Made by a program: the position numbers and the translations under genes. Below are positions 22,030-33,530 of a stretch of DNA of 64,000 bases, one piece after another. The stretch spans positions 62,001 to 126,000 of IMG/VR virus record IMGVR_UViG_3300022698_000267; one strand, written 5' to 3'. How positions within the stretch are numbered: position 1 is the stretch's first letter; every line of letters starts with the position of its first letter. The notes beneath the pieces were generated by a model that saw only the letters and a list, made by a program, of their open reading frames with translations, was not told the DNA's origin and did no database searches.

Positions 22030-22794
22030 AGATTTTGAATCGAAACCTAGAAGGTTTTCTGCTAAAAATACTAAATAATAATTGAATGATTTGCTTTTGT
22101 GTATAAAAGGGGAGGTCGAAGGTGTCTAAATCTACGAAACTTCTTTACTTACGTGAAAGAAAGGAAAAAATTCCTTGTGGAAATGAAGATTGTCCTTTTT
22201 GGTCTTCAGAAGCAGCAACACATTGTGATGATGCTGAGCATGGTGGGGATGCAACATCAGAATGTACTGTGTATTTTCCACAACCGGAAAAATCAAATAT
22301 TTTCAATGCAGAACAAACCGTGACTATTGGAACAATAACATCGGATTCTGCTTTTTCTTTGACCGAGCTTCTGCTGAATAAAGGTTTCTCAATGAATGTT
22401 ACCACTATCAACTCTTTGTGGCATATCGAGGCCTGGAAATAGTGACAAAGGTTATTCCTTTTAAATATGTTCCAAGCCTTTATTATCGGGAATGGATGCA
22501 AGATTGTGGTGCAGGAGTTATGCTTGGTTATGATGTTGTTGAAGCCAAGAACCGGTCGCGTGCAAAAGATTTTCCCGCTTATAATATGTATAATCAAGGG
22601 AAATTCACAAAGATTGTTCGAGTAAAAAACAAACATCGTGCATTATCTGAGGTTCAATTATCTACGATTTATGGAATGAAACCTTACGAAAAAAAGTTAA
22701 AAACAACAGTTCGATTTGCAGAAATAATTGCTTGGATTCTAACTTTCATTATTTTAGGAGTACTTCTCGGACTGATAGGTAAGAATATTTAGAG

Positions 22795-23442
22795 ATGTCC
22801 GGAATTTTATCTGGTCCTCAGGAGCTTGACTATAGACATAAATTGAGTAAAACACCTCCACCTGATAAGACAGTTGAGGAATTAGCGGAAGAGAATCAAT
22901 TAACCCTTATGAACTGTGATAGGAGGAAGTGTAAACTTCTTCCAAAAGCCTGTGCTAGAATTTGGTGGGAGGTTAATAAGTTAAAGAAGAATGGAGGAAA
23001 ATTCAACAGTTGCTATCGATGTTCTGTTGGTCAAAAACTGGCAGATGAACTCGAGGCAGTAAGACTTGTCAATCAACATTTTCTTTGTGTTCAATGTGGA
23101 AATGAACCAGCCATGTTACACCCGGCTACTAAAAGACCTTTTAAGCATGGTCTAGGAAAGGAATGTTTCAAGTTAAGAATGGCTGAGAGAAGGAAGAAAA
23201 AATTGGAGGAAAAAGGGAAAGTGTCTGAGGAAAAAGGGAAAGTGTCTGAGGAAAAAGGGAAAGTGTCTGAGAAAAAAGCTGCAAAAGCTAAGGATAGTGA
23301 TAATATTTTGAATATTGATTTTAACTCCCATCCTTATCTTCTAAGAAAACTACACGAGCAAGCAGTTCTTGAAATGCGAACAGATGAAATGCAAGCTCTC
23401 TGGATTTTAAAGACAGTCCTGGAAGATGTTAACAATGGATGA
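22795..23442 (+). CDS. Cys-rich protein with EEKGKVS repeats and possible C-terminal ribbon-helix-helix
   Basis: CxxC motifs; LLRKLHEQAVLEMRT..MQALWIL is Arc/RHH-like. Confidence 0.45.
   Translation: MSGILSGPQELDYRHKLSKTPPPDKTVEELAEENQLTLMNCDRRKCKLLPKACARIWWEVNKLKKNGGKFNSCYRCSVGQKLADELEAVRLVNQHFLCVQCGNEPAMLHPATKRPFKHGLGKECFKLRMAERRKKKLEEKGKVSEEKGKVSEEKGKVSEKKAAKAKDSDNILNIDFNSHPYLLRKLHEQAVLEMRTDEMQALWILKTVLEDVNNG
23206..23268 (+). repeat. 21-nt in-frame tandem repeat x3 (EEKGKVS)
   Basis: GAGGAAAAAGGGAAAGTGTCT repeated three times. Confidence 0.95.
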
Positions 23443-23879
23443 AAAATATAAAGATATTGGATTCCCTCCAGATCAGCTTATTGAGGAATGCTCAGAAGTA
23501 ATTACTGAATGTTCAAGTCTTATCAAGTTGATTTGTAAAGCCAGGAGGTTTGGTTGGGATTCAAACCATCCAGCTGAGGTTGAGACTAATTTGCAACGGG
23601 TTTCATCTGAGTTAGGTGATTTAGAGATTCGAATTTATGAGTTTCGAAAATGGTTGGAGGAAAAAGGAAATGCACGTTGAATTTACGTCCGATGGATCTT
23701 TATACATAGCTTCTAGTAATTCTATGGAAGATTTTACTTTAGAAGCCTGGTGGGAGCGTTTTCAAGATGGAAAGGTAATATTTGGAATTAGAACTGAAAA
23801 TGATGGACCTCCAAATTCTAGCAAAATTAAGAAGACAGACAGTAAAGGTTTGCACTTTAACAACTAGGAGATTCTTTCT

Positions 23880-24233
23880 ATGAAAAGTTCACTTCCAATT
23901 AATCTAGAAGACTTGAGAGTAGAACATCCTATGTATCCAACTCCCAAAAAAGGAAGTATAGAGGGAGCTTTTTTGATCCCATATGCTGATACAGATTTAA
24001 GGATTCTTTCTGGTTGTGGAGATGGATGGGATCATGTTTCCGTTTCTGTTGCACATCGTTGTCCAACTTGGAATGAGATGTGTTTCGTCAAAAATTTGTT
24101 TTTTGAAAAAGAAGAATTGGTTTTACAATTTCATCCACCAGAAAGCAAATATAAAAATTGTCATCCCTATGTTTTGCATCTTTGGAGACCATGGAATCAA
24201 AAAATTCAACTTCCACCAGCAAATATGATTTAA
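23880..24233 (+). CDS. Conserved phage protein (WDHVSVS..CPTW.EM family)
   Basis: WDHVSVS, CPTWNEM, QFHPP, HPYVLHLWRP pattern recalled from phage hypothetical proteins. Confidence 0.7.
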   Translation: MKSSLPINLEDLRVEHPMYPTPKKGSIEGAFLIPYADTDLRILSGCGDGWDHVSVSVAHRCPTWNEMCFVKNLFFEKEELVLQFHPPESKYKNCHPYVLHLWRPWNQKIQLPPANMI

Positions 24234-25924
24234 AATGACAACAGAGTCAGAATCAATAGAACACAGAATACATAAGGAATATGATAGGGTCTATCAACTT
24301 CTAGGACAAAATCCAACCATTTTATTTCTTGGAAGAAAAGAGATGTACGAATTTCGACAATTTGTATCTAATCTACCTGTAAAGCATAATGAGGATGAGA
24401 TAGAAATGTTTCTTGGTATGACAATTCGTTTTTTAGGTCATAAACTCTCACATCTTGAGGCAGCTTTTTAAGGGGGTATAAATGAAGAATAGATTTAGCA
24501 ACAATGTTTTGATGATATTTTTGGGAGTTGCAATAGTATACCTTGTAGTCTTGTATTTAATTAACTGAGAAAGGTAGATAAAATGGCTACATTGCTTGTA
24601 GTAATGTTGATTTTTCAGATTATTATTTGTGCAAGTCATGGGGGTGTACCAACTAACGGCTACGATTTTATCGAACCAGATAATGAAGATACTATAAGGA
24701 AACGTAATCCTGAAATGTCTGATGAAGAAATTGAGTACTGTTTACAAGAAGAGGCCAATTACTTTATGGTTGATATTGATTCTTTAAGGAAATAAAATGT
24801 CTAAACGATACGGTCGAAATCAGAAAAGGCGACATCGAGAAAAAATTGCAAAATTACAGGATGATTTAAAGGTATGTGAACAGACTTTAGATGCATCTAA
24901 AAGAATTATTAATGACACTGCTTGGCATCTTCGTGAACTTACTCAAACCATTGAAAAATTCTGTATTAATTCTATATTACTACCTCCAAAAAAGATTAAA
25001 CTTTCTATAATTCCTGAAAGGGTCCAATTGGAACTAATGAATCCTTTTGATCTAAACTTCGATCCAGATAACTTTGCTCCAAATGCATCTATAGAAATTA
25101 TAGATCTACTTAGTTTGGAAGTATTTATGGAATCCAAGTACGATTTTCTTAAACATCAAGTTCATGTAATAGTGGAGGCCGGTAAGGGAAGAACATCTTA
25201 TGCCATATCTCAAGAAGGTTTAGTAAATTACCCAATCGATTATCTTGTACGAAATTTGGCTCCAGATATTGCATTAAAACTAGCAAAAATCCTGAAGATG
25301 GAATTGAAATGAAATTTTGTGATAATGAGAAATGTTTTTGTCATCGAGAAGTTGATAAAAATACTAATAATAATATGACACTTACCTTTAATGGGATAAA
25401 AAGAAAGATAGCTAGATACGAATATATCATGGATGGCAAATGCAAATTCTTCTGTGAAATTTGTAAGAATGCTATTGATATGTTTGGTGAGGATTAAAAT
25501 GCTGAAGGTTAAGCAAATAAGAAACGATATATACTCCATACTTAATGGCAAGGGAAGTATTCGCCGTGAATATGGAGAAACTCCTGCTGGAAATGCTATG
25601 AATGGTCGATGGGTTTTTCGTGATGAAAATGGTAGAATGATTGACTATGACCAATATCGACACGATTTGTTTGAAAGACATGATATAGAGGAGGATCATG
25701 GCAGCAACTAATCTTCAAAAGATGAGTTGTGGAGCTTGTGGAGTATCCAAATTCATGATTTATAAGAAAAAGGATGCTGAAGAGTTACATGTAGAATGTC
25801 AGGGATGCAAAAGCACATCTATAATTTCTTGTTCGAAACCTGCCTTACGGATTGATTGGGGTGAGAAATCTGATGGTTTGTTGGTAGTATTTCCAGAAAA
25901 CCTTTAATCTAGGAGGACCTACAA

Positions 25925-27244
25925 ATGAAACAAGTGGCAAAGACTTTAAAGGAAATGAAAGATGATTCAGTAATGGGTCAGGTTCTTGATCGGACAATGC
26001 TTCTAAGTGATGATGTGATCGATGAAATTTTGGGTTGGTGGTCATTCGATCTGTTGAAAAGAAAAGCCGGCTTGGCATTGGACGGAATTGCTTATGGATT
26101 GGATTTATCCACTGTTCTATATGAATTTGCAAAAAGGAAAATGGTTGTAAATTTTCCAACGTATCATAGTATGAGAGGATCTACCATTACGGAAGGACAG
26201 AACGTTGTGTCTAAGGAGAACCGTCATGGTCCCATTCTACGGTTGAATGCAAATAAGGATATGTTCTCCTTCAGTGTCTTGACAAATGACGCAAATGTAA
26301 TGGGTACAGACAGTGTTGGAGCATTCAGGTCTTTTGCTGTTGTAGGTTTGACCGGAGAATTCGATGCCACATGGGAAAGAATCGAATTTATGCCTCCAAA
26401 AGATATCAAAGACCATTTTAATGATGAAGGTCTTGGAAATCACATTACCGTTAAGCATTTTGTTCATCCGGCTAGGAGATCACAGGTTTATGGTCAATAT
26501 TATGTGAAAACAAGGGCTGCATATCAAAGGTTGCAAGAGGAACTTGAACACCTGTCATTTTTGAAAAAACGTTTCGAGCATGAGGGAATAGTTCGTGATG
26601 AGGGTGAGAAAAAAGAGTGGCCCAAATCCACTACGGATTACAGCACAACCAAGAAGGTTTCTGTTCCGGCCTTTGAAATGATACTACATATTCCGAATAT
26701 GCTTCCACATCCGGTGGCAAAATTTGTGGGCAAGCAGAAGTCACCCTCACAATGGGAGAAGTTTAAAGGAAAACAACATGCTTCCAGATGGGATGAATGG
26801 GTTGATAAAAGGAATAAGTTGATGGATGCCTTTTCTGACGTTCCTTGGTTTCCAGAGCTTGATGCAAATGACCTGGATTTTATTGAAGATCGCATTAAAT
26901 ACTTGCGATATGATTTGCTTCCTACCCTGAATTTTTTGCTTCGGTCAGCAGAGCTTGCCTTTTGCAAATATGGTAAGGGTGCAACTGCTGACCCAGTAAT
27001 GCCTCCTTGGATTAAAACAACAAGGGTCAGGGATGCATGGAATCCTGGTTTTACTATACCAGCACTTGATCGTGAAATTGAAGGCTTCAAATCTACAAAA
27101 CCAAAAGTTTCGTGGGATAGATTAGTTCTATTTCAGGATAAGATTGGTGAGTACGGAACCTCATTGCTGAAGAGGACTTTTGAGAAGAATCAAACAGTGA
27201 ATGTCAATTACGATTTCACATACCCAGAATGGTTTCGGGGTTAA
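25925..27244 (+). CDS. 439-aa hypothetical protein
   Basis: Long ORF with SD AGGAGG; no motif recognised. Confidence 0.8.
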   Translation: MKQVAKTLKEMKDDSVMGQVLDRTMLLSDDVIDEILGWWSFDLLKRKAGLALDGIAYGLDLSTVLYEFAKRKMVVNFPTYHSMRGSTITEGQNVVSKENRHGPILRLNANKDMFSFSVLTNDANVMGTDSVGAFRSFAVVGLTGEFDATWERIEFMPPKDIKDHFNDEGLGNHITVKHFVHPARRSQVYGQYYVKTRAAYQRLQEELEHLSFLKKRFEHEGIVRDEGEKKEWPKSTTDYSTTKKVSVPAFEMILHIPNMLPHPVAKFVGKQKSPSQWEKFKGKQHASRWDEWVDKRNKLMDAFSDVPWFPELDANDLDFIEDRIKYLRYDLLPTLNFLLRSAELAFCKYGKGATADPVMPPWIKTTRVRDAWNPGFTIPALDREIEGFKSTKPKVSWDRLVLFQDKIGEYGTSLLKRTFEKNQTVNVNYDFTYPEWFRG

Positions 27245-28108
27245 TATTCAGCGATACTGAAAATGATAGTTCATCCTTGCGACACGTATCCAACTTGTGA
27301 TACGTGTCCAACATATACAAGTACTACTGAAGCAACAGATTCAGTACGAATATATGTTGGAAATTCATTCGTTAGTGAAACTAAACGTGATGAAGAAAAG
27401 GCATTCAAGGATTATAAAGAATTACAACATTTAATGCATGTTGCAGAAAGGCATGCAGAACAAAAAGCATGGTGGTATGCTGGTTTTGGAAAAGTTCATC
27501 TTTACGACGTTAAACCAAAAAGTCATTTAATTCATAGACGAATGATGTCCTGTAATAGATTTGATTAAGAAGCAGAATTTTAAAGTGAAAAGGGAATTAG
27601 AATGCCAATCGTAATTATTCATGAAGAAGTTTTTAGTTCCAAAGACGCTAACCCAGGTTTATATGGATCAGTTGACTTTCCTGGGGAAATGTTAATCAAA
27701 ACTCATTCAGGATTATGGTTTAATACTGCAGGTACGGAATTAAATCCCAAAGAAATTTTTCTTACTAATGTCTACACAGATCCTGATGAAGAAGAGATAA
27801 ATCCAAGTGGAGAGAAGTATAAAGAAACAAGTCTAACAGATTGTAAGCATGATTTTTTCATGGCTGTTTGTAAGAAATGTAAACAAGTTGTTCCACTTTA
27901 AAATGATAGAACCCATTATACATAAACAAGGTAGGGAAACTGCTACAAAATATGTAGGGTTTGGTCAGTACGAAGAGATAAAAGCTCCTCTATGTGTGGG
28001 TGCCAAAATGTTGTATAAGGGTTTCTCTTATTATATACATAGAAACTGGAAGTATGTGACATGTAAACATTGTTTGAAGAAAAAGAGGATTAGAAAGTGA
28101 TTAAAAAT

Positions 28109-28246
28109 AGCTGGCAGCGGCGCTGGAGCGAAAGCGCACCGTATCGAGCACGGGAGTAATTGGGTGGATGTCCAGGGCTCGACCGATGGGGTACTAAACG
28201 ATCCGTCAAATTGCTCATAGCCGGGGTAGCGTCCGGTCTGCCAGTT
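28109..28246 (+). ncRNA. tRNA-like structured ncRNA with very long variable arm
   Basis: GC-rich intergenic island; CTGGCAG/CTGCCAG acceptor-like stem, GCGC D-like stem, CCGT/ACGG stem with 7-nt loop, 15-bp variable-arm helix, GCCGGG-GTAGCG-TCCGGT T-like arm; no CCA. Confidence 0.75.
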
Positions 28247-29795
28247 AAAATAACTACTAGAAGTGAAATACAGGGATAATTGAATGAGACGTTGCTATTT
28301 TTGTAAAGAACCAATCTCATTACTAGCAACTTATTATATAGTAAAGGTTCCTACGAAACCAAAAGGTGTGTCAAATAGATGGAAACAAATTGGAGTTGCT
28401 TGTGAAAGATGTCAGGATAAGACACCTATAAAGGATAAAAGGAAAGATAATGACAAATATAGTCTGTACTCGGACTGAATGTTTTTACAATATACTGTGT
28501 GTAGGTTATTTTGGATGTAAAGCAACTGCTATTGGAATTACTGAGAAAGGATGCGATACTTATTTTAATTACTCTGAAACTCTAAAAGAAATTGAAGAGG
28601 AATTTCAAGTTGCTTCAGATTCTGAAAAGGTCGATTGATGAACATTGAAAAAGCTCGTAAGATTATAGGAAAAACTGAATATTTTCGTTCATACTTTCGG
28701 AAAGATATAGTTGATGCAATTAATTGGGTACTTGACACTTATCCGAATTGTGACAATTCCATATGCAGCAAACACCTATATCATGAATCAGGATGTAAAC
28801 TTTGCGAAGCAATTACTGTGGCTGAGTTAATCATAATTGATAAGAGAGGAGAGACAATGAAAGATACTAATATAAGGGAAAAATTAAAGAAGGAATCAGC
28901 CCGTCTAGAGAGTCTGAAGAAGTCTATAGACGCTGTTCTGGCAGAACCCATAGAGGAATCAGAACCATCGGATGTTAGTATAACTCTGGTTGGAAATCCC
29001 GAATGGTTACAAAAGCTTCAAGAACTTCATGAGCTTCATGAAGAGTTGGTTGCGGAGGCTATTGTCAAATGAAATTAGAAGATTACATCGAGAAGGCTAA
29101 AAAAGAATTAGATGATCTACAAAACCAATTTGTGGAAAGCAATAAGAAAGATCCTGATATGTGGCCTTTGGAAATGGAAGAGACTGATTGGGGCGATCAG
29201 GAATTGGCCGCAAGGTTTGGACAGATTTAAATTATGAGTAGTGCAATCGATATAAATGATTTTTTAAAATCTACAGAATCTAATGTCTGTATGGGTCATT
29301 TCATGGATATGCCAGATTGTCCTGGTAAAATTGATAGTAAACTCCCTATCTGTAAAGATTGTGTTGCTCAAGCAATGGAAGCAATGGAGCAGTCAATATG
29401 GCAACAATAAGTCCAGCAATTAAAGAAATTTCTGAGTTGATTATCAAAGAGGGAAATATCAGATCCAATACTGACCAATACCAAAATACTAATTCTGCTA
29501 TTCATTCTGTATTAATGGATCTGGTTCCAATATTATGTGGAACTATGGAAAAGAATGTTAAAAGAAAAAAGAAAACTGGAAGCAATGATGAAATTGCGAA
29601 CTGTTTGTGAAAGAGAAATATGGTCTGGTTTCTTTGGAATAGATGAATATGGTACTCAGCCTGAATGTGGACAAGAGATTGAAATAGAAGTAGAAGAGGA
29701 TTGTATAATCAATGACAAATATGGAATTCGACCCTCATTTTCAGTGGAATGTCCAAAATGTCATGGAACTATAGCATGGCCTCAACAGTGGGAAG

Positions 29796-30779
29796 TTGTG
29801 GAGAATGATAATGATAATAAATGAAAAACTAACAGTTAATGAAAAAATAATAGTGTATATGATCTTTGGTTCTCATCTATATGGAACTAACACACCTGAT
29901 TCTGACACAGATTACAAAGGGGTTTTCTTTCCAACTAAAGAACAGATATTTCTTGGAAGAATCCCAAAATCTTATTCCACCAGCCCAAAGAAAACAGGAC
30001 AGGGACAAAAAAATACCTCTGATGATACTGATATAGAAATCTATTCTCTCCACTACTTTTTAAAATTAGCATGTGAAGGACAAACTGTTGCTATAGACAT
30101 GCTTCACGCTCCAAGTCATATGCTTTTGGAATCTTCTGAGATTTGGGATTTCATTGTAGGAAATAAACATAGATTCTACAGCAGAGATATGGATTCTTTT
30201 ATTCGCTATGCTAGGAAACAGGCGGCTAAATATGGAATAAAAGGTAGTCGTTTAGCCGTAACCAAAGAATTTATAGATTTACTAAATTCTGTTCCAGATG
30301 ATACAAGACTTTCTGAGTTATGGAATAAACTTCCAGATGGTGAACATTGTTATTTTGTGGAAGATGACCCAAAAGGAATTGCTCAATATCAAATCTGTGG
30401 AAAAAAGTTTCAAGCTACTAGTAAAGCATTGTATGTTAAGAAAATAGTTCAAAGTTTCTATGATCGTTATGGTGAACGTGCTAAACAGGCTGAATTAAAT
30501 CAAGGGATTGATTGGAAAGCAGTTTCACATGCTTTAAGAGCCGCTTATCAAACCAGGCAAATTTTAACAGAAGGAACCATAACTTATCCTCTAAAAGAAT
30601 CTGGTTTTCTACGGGATGTGAAGCAGGGTTATTTTCACTACACTAAATACGTTGGTCCTGTTTTAGAAGCTCTTATGGATGAACTTGAAGAGCTTTCTAA
30701 AAATAGTGATCTTCCTGCAACAGCCGATAGAAAGTACTGGGATACCTTCCTCATAGATCTCATCGATGCAACTCTTTAA
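29796..30779 (+). CDS. Pol-beta superfamily nucleotidyltransferase (T4 NrdC.11 / RlaP-like)
   Basis: FGSHLYGTNTPDSDTDYKGV and DWKAVSHALR. Confidence 0.85.
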   Translation: MWRMIMIINEKLTVNEKIIVYMIFGSHLYGTNTPDSDTDYKGVFFPTKEQIFLGRIPKSYSTSPKKTGQGQKNTSDDTDIEIYSLHYFLKLACEGQTVAIDMLHAPSHMLLESSEIWDFIVGNKHRFYSRDMDSFIRYARKQAAKYGIKGSRLAVTKEFIDLLNSVPDDTRLSELWNKLPDGEHCYFVEDDPKGIAQYQICGKKFQATSKALYVKKIVQSFYDRYGERAKQAELNQGIDWKAVSHALRAAYQTRQILTEGTITYPLKESGFLRDVKQGYFHYTKYVGPVLEALMDELEELSKNSDLPATADRKYWDTFLIDLIDATL

Positions 30780-31136
30780 TTTCTAAAACATTTGTAGACG
30801 TAAAGATTATTTTTATGATAGGTCTACAAATGTATTGGATTTCTGAAGAAGCTTTACAACAAGTTGATGAATTAATCAAATCCTATAATCAACAACCAGG
30901 GTTACAGGAATTTGTAGTTGAGGATGATCATGAAATCTCAAGCGATACTAGAAATAAAACAGGCACTACTGGAAGAGGCAGGACGTAGATATAAACAATC
31001 AAAACATTCATATTTCGGAGCTGCAGTTTATTCTACATTTCTTGATTTAGGAGAAGAGCTTCATAATTTAATGTTTGGAACTCCATCGGAAAGAAAGAAA
31101 TTCGAGAAAGAAAATTCATAAGACTTAGGGATCAGA

Positions 31137-31688
31137 ATGTTGCTACGTTTAATAAAATCAATTTTAGATTACTTAAAGGAAAGCATAAATCTTATAACCT
31201 CTCATTTCATGCAACACCCTCATTCTATTGAAAGGAGTATATCATTGTCTAGAAATATTAACAAAGCAGGTTTGGAATTGATAAAAGATTTCGAGGGTTT
31301 TTATGCCGAAGCTTATATTTGTCCAGCTGGAGTTTGGACTATTGGATATGGACATACCAAAGATGTGCATAAAGGACAATGGGTTTCAAGACAACAGGCA
31401 GAGGAACTTCTACAAGAGGATCTGGAGGAAGCACAAGAGGCAGTAGAAAGGTATATAGAGGTTCCTTTGACAGACAATCAGTTTGCTGCATTGGTAAGTT
31501 TTACCTTTAATCTTGGTGCTGGAAATTTAAAGACCAGCACACTCCTGAGAAAATTAAATGCAGGTGATTATGATGCTGTCCCTTCCGAATTGGCTCGTTG
31601 GATTAAGGCTGGTGGAAAAACGCTGACGGGATTAGTCAGACGACGTGCTGCCGAAACTGAACTGTTTATGCAACCAGATGAAGTTTAG
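31137..31688 (+). CDS. Endolysin, GH24 phage lysozyme
   Basis: IKDFEG..AYICPAGVWTIGYGHT, QFAALVSFTFNLG, GLVRRRAAE; alternative in-frame TTG at 31245 with SD AAGGAG. Confidence 0.95.
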   Translation: MLLRLIKSILDYLKESINLITSHFMQHPHSIERSISLSRNINKAGLELIKDFEGFYAEAYICPAGVWTIGYGHTKDVHKGQWVSRQQAEELLQEDLEEAQEAVERYIEVPLTDNQFAALVSFTFNLGAGNLKTSTLLRKLNAGDYDAVPSELARWIKAGGKTLTGLVRRRAAETELFMQPDEV

Positions 31689-31714
31689 CCAATTCTATAA
31701 GTGAAGCAACTAGG

Positions 31715-31816
31715 ATGAAAAAATTAAGCAAATTAAAAACTCTACTGTTAGTTCTCAGCTACATTTTACCGATTATAATAGCTTTGGCTCTTATTTATTA
31801 TATCAAACATTCTTAA
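31715..31816 (+). CDS. 33-aa single-TM peptide in lysis cluster (not in ORF track)
   Basis: MKKLSKLKTLLLVLSYILPIIIALALIYYIKHS. Confidence 0.45.
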   Translation: MKKLSKLKTLLLVLSYILPIIIALALIYYIKHS

Positions 31817-31870
31817 AAACCTTATTAAAAACTTTAGTAATAATTTAACTTTATTTGCAGGAGGTCGGTC

Positions 31871-32368
31871 ATGAGAAAATTTTTTCTGTTTTTAATCGTT
31901 AGTGCAGTCTTGGCAATGCTTGCCGGATGTGCTGGAACTCCAACACCTTGGAATCAACCTTGTACGATTTATGATGACGTCGGAGCAACTCCGGAAAATA
32001 GTGTGATCGCAAAGTTGATTAAAAATCCTTGCGTTGCCCAAAAAATGCTTGTAACAGCAGCCAAGGCTCCATACCTCTGGAAGAAACAAGAATATATTGA
32101 TATGTTCAATAAATGGGAAACCTACATTGAAGAAATTGTTAGAGGGGGTGTAACATATTCCCAATTACAAACGATTGTTATTGCTCAAGTTTCAAAGTTA
32201 AATGAGGAGGCTGGTGTTGTTCTGCTTATACTATCGGATGGAATTTTTGTTTTCAATGGAGAAACCGCTTTAATTAGTGAAATCGATCAGACACTAATTT
32301 TAATGTCGTTGGAAGATTTGAAAACAAATGTCAATCAGTTGACGTTGATTGGTCGACAGCTGGAATAA
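31871..32368 (+). CDS. Lipoprotein (spanin candidate)
   Basis: Signal peptide with lipobox LAGC; SD AGGAGGT; next to endolysin. Confidence 0.65.
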   Translation: MRKFFLFLIVSAVLAMLAGCAGTPTPWNQPCTIYDDVGATPENSVIAKLIKNPCVAQKMLVTAAKAPYLWKKQEYIDMFNKWETYIEEIVRGGVTYSQLQTIVIAQVSKLNEEAGVVLLILSDGIFVFNGETALISEIDQTLILMSLEDLKTNVNQLTLIGRQLE

Positions 32369-32393
32369 AAGTATAGTACAATTGTTTAATTAG

Positions 32394-32432
32394 AAAAGAG
32401 GGTGTCAAATCATAAAATTGACACCCTCTTTT
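32394..32432 (+). terminator. Intrinsic terminator
   Basis: AAAAGAGGGTGTCAA / TTGACACCCTCTTTT perfect 15-bp inverted repeat. Confidence 0.85.
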
Positions 32433-32498
32433 AGTTTAACTACGTAATTTCTTCACAAATCACTTTTCTTTAAAATTTTAAACTATTTCTAGAATAAA

Positions 32499-32507
32499 TA
32501 CTAAATA
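32499..32507 (+). promoter_or_regulatory. Candidate late promoter TACTAAATA (motif also + at 3883, 10984, 13337, 16116, 22069, 37886)
   Basis: TACTAA(A/T) in AT-rich gaps upstream of operon-leading ORFs, no -35. Confidence 0.55.
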
Positions 32508-32774
32508 ATAGGAATGGAGTGAGAATAATATGAAAGTAAAAAAAGTCAAAGGCTACTTTTACACTTATCGTGGAAATGGATATGGTCCGTTTATTAGTAA
32601 AGAGATTTGTACTGTTGAAATAGTAAATAGAATGTATAGTGATACTTCGGATATTGGAAGGAGTCTACTATTGAAGTACCAAGAAGGTAGATACAAACCT
32701 AGGATTTACTTTGGAACAGTACGTGTCAGTGGAGCTAAAGAGTTACTAAAATCTACATTAAAGGTTGTGCTAAA

Positions 32775-33308
32775 ATGAAATTGATGAGTGAAGGAACAAA
32801 ATCGTATCTGTTTGGATGTCATCATTTTATTCTACATCCTTACTCAGTTTTGAAAGCGTGGAGAAAAGAATATAAATCCTGGCCTACTTGGTGGGAACTA
32901 ATTTGCATTCTCCTTCATGATATTGGGATTTGTGGAAGGGAATATTTATCTGATGGTAAAGCCAAACGAGGGCACTGGGAAAAGGGAGCAGATTTATCTT
33001 TTAATGTAATTCTTCTCTTGGCTCCACGAAGAAGGCAATTTTATCTGGCTTATAGGGCTTATATATTCTGTGCTGGACATTGTCCAAGTGAGTCTGATTA
33101 TACAATGAGTAGATTGTATAGAGCAGATAAAAAATCTTGGTTGGAAGCTCCAATGTGGTGGTTAAGGAGTAATGCCAGAATAGAAAAGTTTGTAATCTCT
33201 GCAGAAGAATGGGTTGCAATTGTTAGAAAACAATTAGAACATAAAGGTTACAATGGAGATGGTGCACATTCAATGTATATGAATATCAGGAGTTTAAAGA
33301 ATGAGTGA
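32775..33308 (+). CDS. HD-domain-like protein
   Basis: H..LLHDIG, HWEKG, GH, ADK pattern. Confidence 0.55.
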   Translation: MKLMSEGTKSYLFGCHHFILHPYSVLKAWRKEYKSWPTWWELICILLHDIGICGREYLSDGKAKRGHWEKGADLSFNVILLLAPRRRQFYLAYRAYIFCAGHCPSESDYTMSRLYRADKKSWLEAPMWWLRSNARIEKFVISAEEWVAIVRKQLEHKGYNGDGAHSMYMNIRSLKNE

Positions 33309-33530
33309 TGTAGAAATCGATTTGGAACTTATACGAAAAAGTCCTGCAGCGTATTTAGTTTCAGATGGTGAAATAGAAGAGTGGTTACCAAAATCTCAGG
33401 TAGAAGTAGATTCTAATGACGATTTAGAAGAAGGACAAACTTATCTTTTCATTATTCCTGAATGGTTGGCATTTAACAAGGGTTTCGTATAATTTCTTAA
33501 AGAAGTGCACAGCAATAAAATCCTTTCTTT

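Noticed and set aside
28109-28246. Canonical tRNA or tmRNA
   Set aside because: Lacks TTC T-loop, U8, U33 and CCA; too short for tmRNA and no tag ORF
1-33500. Numerous minus-strand and nested ORFs in the track
   Set aside because: Shadows of well-supported + strand genes with no RBS or motifs
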